From the NCBI RefSeq assembly GCF_006345805.1, contig NC_043005.1, forward strand, positions 51,894,001 to 51,958,000: a DNA stretch of 64,000 nucleotides, given 5' to 3'. The notes under the pieces were generated by a model. That model was not told the origin of the DNA, did no database searches, and saw nothing but the letters and a program-made list of their open reading frames with translations. How positions within the stretch are numbered: the stretch's first letter is position 1; the number at the start of each line of letters is the position of its first letter. Of this stretch, positions 54,202-64,000 are shown piece after piece. The position numbers were made by a program, and so were the translations under genes. Source of the DNA: Octopus sinensis. Taxonomy: Eukaryota.

Positions 54202-54400
54202 ACCTCTCCTCCTCCTTTTCTCTTTTCTTGCCTCTGATTCTTTGGTCTACTCTTCCCCCACTCTCTCACATTTCTCTGTCTTTCTCACTTTGCACCTCAC
54301 TGATTCTGTCGCCAAGCCAATCCTTGGCACGCTCTCTTTCTTCTCCTCTCTTTAATTCCTTCTTTCTCTCTCTTCTCCCCCCTTTGGTGCCTTCGTCCCT

Positions 54401-54431
<31 letters not shown>

Positions 54432-54640
54432 ACCTCTCCTCCTCCATTTCTCTTTTCTTGCCTCTGATTCTTTGGTCTACTCTTCCCCCACTCTCTCACA
54501 TTTCTCTGTCTTTCTCACTTTGCACCTCACTGATTCTGTCGCCAAGCCAATCCTTGGCACGCTCTCTTTCTTCTCCTCTCTTTAATTCCTTCTTTCTCTC
54601 TCTTCTCCCCCCTTTGGTGCCTTCGTCCCTCTTTTTCTCT
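54181..54640. repeat. Near-perfect 230-bp tandem duplication of a pyrimidine-rich segment
   Basis: TACCTCTCCTCC... starts at both 54201 and 54431. The copies are almost identical and are bounded by (CT)n. Confidence 0.92.
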
Positions 54641-56748
54641 CTCTCTTTGATTCCTTTGCCCCCTTTTTTTCTCTCTCTTCTCCTCTCACGTGACCGCTAG
54701 TCAGCCAGCCTTTCGGCTTCTGACCAGCGCCACGAGAACATCGTTGTCTTCGTCTGCCGAAAAAGGCATTTTCCAAATATTTTATGCAGCATTCGTTTCC
54801 AGTGAGTCTTATCATGCTTTTGGCGGGGAATTTGTATCATAACTAAGAATACAATCGATTAAACCACACGTGTATTTGACGCTCGTGATGGTCTAATAAA
54901 TTGTATTTAAGACAAACCTCTGCCGATGATTTATAGATGTTTTGTAAGTAAAATTGCATATTACATTAATAATGAAACAATTGTTCAGGGTTAATCTATT
55001 TTTTCGTTATATTTCACTTTCCTTACGTTAAATGTAATGTTATTTCTTCTTGGAAACAACTTTTTGTGGCTATACCAGTAACGGAGCTATTTTTAGCACT
55101 AGAGTTAACCACATAGTGGTCACACTCTTATATTTATGTATAAATTTGTATTGTCTCCCTGGTTTTTATGTGCTAAGCCACTTGGTGTTAAATTGATGGT
55201 ATTATTAAATTAATGTCAAGTTTTTCACCCTCATTTATAAATTCATATACCTATATATACACACACAAATACAGGAACATCAAATGCCATACAACATAAG
55301 TTCTTGATTTATCAACAGTATCTACACTTCAAGAGGATGTGTCACAGTTGCCAAATGGCAAATGAGCTCAGTTTCATATGAGAAGGAGAGGTAATTTCAA
55401 AAATCCTGAATGCTTCTAGGTTCACATGCCATTAAGGGAAAGGACAGGCTTATTCTCTAGAAGTAAGCGAACTGCCGTGGCTTCATGCTTCTGTCTCAAT
55501 AGACGTCACCAGCACAGGTACTCTAACCTATCTCCAGCAGCGAAAGGACATAGACGTGTGCAAAAATGAGTGAAACACATTTGTGTCCTAGCAAATTTAC
55601 AAAAATTTTTTAAAATTGAGCTAAGAAAAATATCTCTTTCCCATAATTTTATTTGGGCGGGCAACATGCGCATTGTGAACTGAGGTGTTGTCTTGGAGGA
55701 AGGTCCCTGTGCCCAGTCAATAAACACAACTAATGTTTAACTCTGCGAATTACTGGATTAAGTAGAGTACTGGAATAATTGCCTTGCTGCATTAGGCTAT
55801 GTCCCTTTAGATTAAATCCCGTCAGTACACATTTTAACTTCGAAACTTTAACTTTGAAATTTTAATCTGCAACAAAATCACTTATGTGTAAGATCATTTC
55901 TATGTCACAGTGGAATTGAACAGAAATCCAGTTTGAAACCACGCTGAAATTAATTTCTTTAACCTATTCTACTAGTGTGATGTTTACTATCAGTATATAA
56001 CTAAACACAACTGCTCTACTTTATACATTGTCATCGATCGCTCTTATTTTCTGCGAATGATGTTTAGATAATGATTTCTACATTTGTCGATTAAATCGGC
56101 TTCAGTATGTGTCTGCTACATATTTTATTGCACGAGGGAGATTGAAAAGTAACATTGACCTTGGAGAGATTTGAAAGCCGAATTTAAATAGGCGTATCTA
56201 AATACCGCAAGATATTTTGACTTGCACTGTTCGAGTAAAATCAATACATATTGTTAGAAATATGAGTTCAGGTTGTTTAAACTTCGTCTGGTTTAAGTGG
56301 AACGAGGACAATAATAATTATATGAAAATTATAACATTGTTTCAAAAAAAGAAAAAAAAAGACCAAAAACCCAATACAATATTCAAACAAAAAATAAATC
56401 TCAAATCTGATATTAAGCTAGTCGAATGAGAAATAAAACAAATAATATTTTTTTTAACAATGTCAATATTATTGATAGAAGATAAAAAAAAAATTATACT
56501 GAAAATTAACAGAAAACAATATTTTGTTCCAAGCTGCTGAGAACCATTAAAAATAAAGCAAAAATAATAAAATTTATTCTCGATATTAGCAGAAATCATA
56601 TGGGTTTGTTAAGACTAAATGTCGTTTGGTGGATGTAAATGTAAATAATGTTTAAAAAAAGAATCGAAAGTGTGTAACAGTCTGTGCTTTGATTTTTTAA
56701 AATCAAATGTCATTTGTGTCTTCATGCATAGATATTTGGCGGTGGGTT

Positions 56749-56860
56749 GGTAGTGATGGCGGTGATGGTGGTAGTGATGGCGATTGTGGTGGTGGTAGTG
56801 ATGGCGGTGGTGTTGGTAGTGATGGCGATTGTGGTGGTGGTGGTAGTGATGGCGGTGGTT
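56749..56860. repeat. G-rich minisatellite, unit GGTAGTGATGGCG(A/G)T.. of 21-27 bp
   Basis: Five copies of GGTAGTGATGGCG. Confidence 0.85.
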
Positions 56861-57334
56861 GCTGGCTATTAACTACAAATCTACTACGATCGAACTGTCC
56901 TGTCATAAAAAGCGCTGCTGCAGTGTTCACCCCCACCTAATTTTCAAAATTTAACTATCATCGTATGTCTTCGTCTTTCACTTAAGACTGCAGAATATTG
57001 TCTGAGGATGACTTGGCTGCTATTTCTTGTACTTCGATGCTCTACTTCGTCTCTTAGAAGCTCTCAGTTCGCCTCTTACAAGCTCCAGGTCGTCTTGCTT
57101 AGATGCTCCGCTTAGTTGCTCCAGTTCGTCTCGCTAAAGCCAGCTACAACCGCTAGTATTACTCATATGAGAAGCTGCACGTTTGCCAGAAAGTTTTTAC
57201 AGTAAGATTGTTGATTTTTTAACACCACCTTTGGTATTGTTGTTCTCTGTCAGTTTTATCTCATCGAAATATTTGATGAGGCAAGGCTACGCAATTTCAT
57301 GTGATTCTTTCGACATCAAATATATAGGTGGTGC

Positions 57335-57462
57335 TGACATGGGTATGTGGTAAGTTTGCTACCCAACCACACAGATTCCGTGTCCAGGCCCACTGTTTGC
57401 CATTTTGAGCAACTGTATTGGGACTGGATTTAGAGGACGGAAACTGGGAGAAGCTCGTCGTA
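57335..57462 (+). mobile_element. SINE family A head, diverged
   Basis: TGTGGTAAGTTTGCTACCCAACCACA...GACGGAAACTGGGAGAAGCTCGTCG. Confidence 0.7.
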
Positions 57463-57560
57463 TATACATGTGGGTATATATTTACACACACACACATATA
57501 TATATATATGTATATATATTTGTGTATATATATATATATATATATAAATATATATACATG

Positions 57561-57592
<32 letters not shown>

Positions 57593-57647
57593 AGTATATA
57601 TACATGTATATATATATATAAATGTATATATAATTATATATATATAC

Positions 57648-57680
<33 letters not shown>

Positions 57681-58329
57681 AAGAGAGAGTGAGAGAGAGA
57701 GTATTAGTTGTTGTAACCGACTAAGGAATAAAATATCCGTACGTACTATCAGTATCCGTTACCTGTGTTATTTTCGGGCAATGGTGTGCAGGTAACAATA
57801 TGATAAACAGAGGTTTATCAGGAACCAATATAAATAATAAGAAAATGGAGACAAACATAGATTAACTAATAAATCGATAAGACCACATTTAAAGCTTGTT
57901 TGTTGATACAAAGCAAGACATAACAAACCTTACAGCTCTTTCTGATCAAAATCCCCAGAATGCAGTCTATACATAAATGCAAGAATAAAATTCATCACTT
58001 TCACAGGGTATTCGAGTTAAGGCAATTGATCTTCATCAGAGTGAAAACCAAGAGCATACAATATAAAAAATGGGAGAAGGAAGAGGTATGAAAACATCGC
58101 TTAGACAAATAGTCTAAAAGCCCAGTAAGTTAAGTGGACATAATTATTTACCATCCGAGTTCAAAGAACGTAGATGAGAATATGAGCTATTAAAGGACTA
58201 GGGAATGTTACAATTTATTAACGGGAGTGTGCAGTTAGGAGGTGAGGGTTTAGGGTGATAAAGGAAGAAGTTATCAAGAGGATCTGTGTAAATAAGATAT
58301 TAATATTTTTACCTCTGACGTTTGTATTC

Positions 58330-58600
58330 AAGAGAGGCACTGAGAGAGATCTCAAAGGAAGAAACAACATCGCTGATGGTATGACGCCACACAACACGGT
58401 CAGCTTTTAGAGTGGACCACTCACAATAATCACTGTCACAGACGCTAAGGGAATGCTTCAGACAGTCCTTGTAACGCTTCTTTGGTACTCCCTGTTGTGG
58501 TGGCCTGTGGTGAGCTCACCGTACATGATGACCTTGGGTAGGCGGTGGTCTTTTATCCTGTCAACGTGTCCTGCCCAACGTAGTCGTGACTCAAGTAAAA
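58330..58600 (-). mobile_element. RTE-clade LINE fragment (post-RT C-terminal region)
   Basis: SRLRWAGHVDRIKDHRLPKVIMYGEL matches the RTE/BovB-type motif. Confidence 0.8.
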
Positions 58601-59779
58601 TGAGACAGGTTTTAAAATCAGATTTGCAATGTGAAGCAACCAAATGTCGCATGTCGTTGCGTCCAGTCACGTCAAACATGTAATTTTCGGCTTAGAATGC
58701 CAATTTTTTAATCGCAAAAAAAAAAACTGATTAAAAATAAAACCAAGAAGCATTTAGTAATTATATATATATATATTTATATATATATATATATATATAC
58801 ACACATCATCTTCAGTATATTGCTTCTCTGTGTTTCAGTGTTGGGTGGGAATTTTGTAGTAAAAGGCAAATAAATTAAACTGAATACAAACGGATTTCAA
58901 TCCAGACGAAAAGTCTTATCAAAAGCATCTCAAAAAATATATGTATGCGGAAATTTTATTTGAAAAATATAACTAATATTACATTTTTGAAAACATTAAT
59001 AAATATAATGAATATCTGACAAACAATCTATTGTGTTTAATATTTGTATATTTGGTCTAAAGGCGAAACCGCAATTTAAGATAACATCTTCGTTAATTAA
59101 GAGATGAAAGGGTTAACTGATTGACAACAACATATTTGGTCTCACGTCAGCCATGATAATTGAAAGATTAATCGGAAAATCAAGTCCAAAGATCAAAGTC
59201 GTTATCAAAGGTTTCATCCACTGATACTTTAGGATATATCATCTTACATCTTTAAACAGTAACCAATAGTGACAGACAAGGTTGCATCTTTTGTGCGAGG
59301 GCGAGTAGAAGACTGACCAAATGACCCTCCTCCGCTTTCACCCCCACCCCACTCAACAGCATCCGTTGACTACTTTGATACATCGGTGTTTCTGATTTCA
59401 AATCCTGTCGTGGCGTACTTTATATATTTTTACATTAAGAACAAAAATTTCGCACTTTGAAAAAGAAATCGGAGACAGCTATGGTTGCGATCGTTTTGAT
59501 CGAGTAGGCAGAAATATGATCAAAAGACGTTCCAGCTTTGTCCATTCCATCTTCTTTTCTTCAACCACATAATTCAGTATGTATCTCCCATTTTAAGAAG
59601 AATTTAGGAAGAATTGCCTGCTATTTTAACAGACAACGAAAATGTAGCGGCTTCCTTAGTAGCTCATAACTGGTACAGTAGTAGTAGTAGTAGTAGTAGC
59701 AGCAGCAGCAGCAGCAGCAACAGTATTAGTGGTGTTTGTGGTGGTGGTGGTGGTAGTATTAGTATTAATATTATTATTA

Positions 59780-60287
<508 letters not shown>

Positions 60288-60779
60288 AGTAGTAGTAGTA
60301 GTAGTGGTAGTTCTGGTTTACACTCAGATTAGCTCTGGTCGAGTTGGTTTATAATAAAAAATTATTACAGATGTGACCTTCCAGTGTTTTATTCAAAATG
60401 TATCTAGGGACAATACCATCCAACTTGTCCCTGTTTTTTTGATAGTAGGGTAGTTCTAAGGGGTATTTGATTGCTGATTATAGTAGACCGAGCGACTGAT
60501 AGAAACATTTTCCATTAGTTCATAAGTGTTTATTTTTTTTTGTGTGTACGTGCGTGTGTGACTGGCTACGATGCCGCTTACTGAGAGCGGAAATAGAGGC
60601 GTTATTTTAGTTGTATGACTTAAATGGTTTACTCTTCTCCCATGTAACGATTACTACTTCCCCATTATCGTAAATTTTACCTGTGTTTTTGAGAAAACCT
60701 GATTGGCTAACAAGCTGCGTAACCGGTTCACGTATCGTGATATCGAATACATTCAAAACAATTCGTAGTGATTCTAGAC

Positions 60780-61029
60780 CAGTAGTTCTCAAACGGGGTC
60801 CATATGGCCCTTGGGAGCGGACTCCGTATAAGATTTTGCTGTTAAAATTTTTATGTGCAATAATTTGGTTACACTTCTACAGTACGCAAAAATATTTTAA
60901 CATTTTTTCAAATACAACTTCTAATCATATTTAATTATAAAAATATAATAGGATTTTGGCAATGAGAGTCTATCCGAGTAAAATAGTAATCAAAGGGGCC
61001 TAATGCCAAATGATGGTTGAGAACGACTC
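60780..61029. mobile_element. hAT (Charlie-type) MITE, degenerate
   Basis: CAGTAGTTCTCAAAC / GGTTGAGAACGACTC. The left flank TTCTAGAC fits the nTCTAGAn target; the right TSD is not preserved. Confidence 0.6.
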
Positions 61030-61213
61030 TTGCGATTTTTTAAGTCGCCTTTACAGACCTCGGTGTAGCTCATCTTTTCGGTTATGTTATCATCTAGCGT
61101 TGCTGTAACTTCTACCTCATATATGACGGGATATACCATCACAGAGCAGTACACTACCCCCACACACATACATACATACGTACATACATACAAACATACA
61201 TAATACATAAATG

Positions 61214-61287
<74 letters not shown>

Positions 61288-62679
61288 TATATCACATGCT
61301 GTAGCATACGGCTGTCCACCTAGTGGATTTTGCCCTTTAAATATACATATATATATATATATGTACACATATACATGCCACACATATAATACGCTATGGA
61401 AATCCCTGAGTTTAGATGTTTAAGTCTGAGTAGCGAAATATTTACTGGTTTTCAGCTATTTATGTTAAAAATGTGCGTTGACCACGGTAGTCTCTCGGTA
61501 AAAATGATAGCATTTATAGCAATCACCGGATGGGGAGCAAAAGGCTGGATGTTTATTGTCAACGTTCAAACGAATCTGGGAGTAGTCATGTCTTTATATA
61601 TGCAGTAATTGTTAATTTTAATTGTTTTGTGTAGATCACACTTGGGTACCGAAGGATAGAAAAGTAAAAAAATGTGTGGTGTATCTTGCATAAAAACAGT
61701 CGTTACTAGAGTTTAAATCAAAGAAATCATTGATGTTTCAATGAAGGGTTTGGGTGAGAGATTTGAAATCTCAAGTAGACCACAGATAATTGAGTGTTGG
61801 AAGTACAGCGCACTCGTATCAGCATATGCTGTGACAATGACATTTAGAAGAATTCCAGAGGCCACAATTCTGGAGGTGATATATTGAGGAAGACAGATGC
61901 TTACGAAAGCCTTGTTGATGTCAAGGTTATCAAAACCGACTTCAATATTTTCTCGAAGGAAACACATTTACTCAAATATAACAATTGTAGGTCCCCATTA
62001 GACCTTATTTGCGTCCTCAAAAAGAAACAAATTAACGAGATACCGTTCGTGAAAAGATCTTTCCTGCTGTCGACGAGGTGCAGTAGTTTAATCGGGACAT
62101 TTACGCATCCTTTTCAACAGTGACGTGGGTGGAGAGAGAGTGGTACTGTGCTTCGTTTACCAGACATAACTAAAATAGAAGAATATGTATAATTAAGAAT
62201 GCATACACAGACGTACACACGTACACTCATACACACATCCATGCACAAAAACGCACACATACATGGATGGTTGAACAAACAGATAGATATTTAAAATGAA
62301 AAGACGTAGACAGATGTATAAAAATAGACACTAGCTCAGATACATATTTATGTATGGTCCAATATGTGGTGTATATGTTAATAAATTTGCAGGAACTTCT
62401 CTCTTTCCGGTGGATATTCCGGTTTATTTGTCTCTGTGTGTGTTTGTGTACAAGTCTGTATTTGTCTGAAAAATGTTTATGCATATGTGTGTCTACATAT
62501 GCATATCCGTATATGAGCGTATGTGTGTTTGCAAGTATATGTGCCCGTAGGAGTGCAAGTATGTAGATGTTTGTGTATAGATTACTGCTGCCTTTGTGCA
62601 TATATTTATACAATATATATATGTATATATATGTATATATGTTTATATATACCTATACCTATAAATATATACGGGATTT

Positions 62680-62753
<74 letters not shown>

Positions 62754-62760
62754 ATCTATC

Positions 62761-62855
<95 letters not shown>

Positions 62856-62924
62856 TTATCTGTATGTATATGTATATTTATATATGAAGGTATGTATACG
62901 CACACACACACAGGCACATATATA

Positions 62925-63090
62925 TTCGACAGGCTTATTTCAGTTTTCGTCTACCAAATCCACTCACTCGATTTTGGTCGACCCGAAGCCATAGTAGAAG
63001 ACATTTGCGCAAGGTGCCACACAGTGGGACTGAACCCGGAACTATGTGGTTGGTAAGCAAGCTACTCCTACGCTTATGAGCCACTCCTGT
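62925..63090 (-). mobile_element. SINE family A head
   Basis: CAGTTTTCGTCTACCAAATCCACTCAC...GTGGGACTGAACCCGGAACTATGTGGTTGG. Confidence 0.85.
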
Positions 63091-63130
<40 letters not shown>

Positions 63131-63410
63131 CACACACATACACACACAAATATTCATTGCCCGTTCGATTACCGCGGACGCCCCACGCATACCATTTTTC
63201 TAATAAATAATACCTTATGCTCTTCGGAAATTAGCTTCGTGATCAGTTATACTCACAAAACTCTTAGTATTCGCAGAGAGTAATCGTAGCAGTACAGCAC
63301 AGTGAGAGGCATGCAAACCCATATATACATACATACATACATACATACATACATACATACATACATACATACATACATTTATACATACGCACATACATAC
63401 GCACATACAT

Positions 63411-63501
<91 letters not shown>

Positions 63502-63909
63502 TATATATATATATATATACATATATATACACGTAAATATATATATATATGAATGTTTGTATATATATCTGTGTGTATATATATATATGAATATATATAT
63601 ATATTTTTATATTGTATACGTATATTTGTATACACAGCATACACACATGCATATATACATATATACATGCATATACATCTGCACATATGAATAATTTATA
63701 CTGATACGGGAAATTATACGTACACATATGGTGTATATATTAAGATATATTGTTATGAATAAAGATGGTTGTTTGATTGATTGGCAGATTGTTAAATAGA
63801 TATATAGATGAATAGATCGATAATCACGCATACATACATACCTACAGAACACACTCCCATATATATATATGTATATTCGTGTGTTTGTGTGCGTGCGTGT
63901 ATAAACATA

Positions 63910-63945
<36 letters not shown>

Positions 63946-64000
63946 TGTATGTATGTATGTATATATGTATGTATGTATATATATATATATATATATACTT

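Noticed and set aside
56703-56940. Gly-rich and Pro-rich ORFs
   Set aside because: They derive from a minisatellite and have no splice or domain support.

Overview
Eukaryotic, AT-rich, microsatellite-saturated non-coding DNA. The repeat repertoire suggests a coleoid cephalopod such as Octopus; this is an inference from tRNA-derived SINE families with internal microsatellites and the very dense (TA)n/(TG)n/(TATC)n/(TAA)n arrays. No intact host protein-coding exon is recognisable, and nearly all listed ORFs are microsatellite artefacts. The window holds the 3' end of a Tx1/L1-clade LINE, a Tc1 element with both TIRs, several mariner remnants, R4/Dong-type LINEs sitting in (TAA)n arrays, Penelope-like and RTE fragments, hAT-type MITEs, Helitron-like elements and many SINE copies. 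Most notable are: (1) a complete minimal type-I hammerhead ribozyme motif on the minus strand at 35043-35090, inside a short (TA)n-flanked element, with degenerate relatives elsewhere; (2) a 3' tail shared between the Tx1-like LINE and a TSD-flanked SINE family, a candidate SINE-LINE partnership; (3) several fold-back structures; (4) a TE-poor island at about 23.3-28.4 kb that may hold minus-strand 5' exons. All alignments and coordinates were read by eye.
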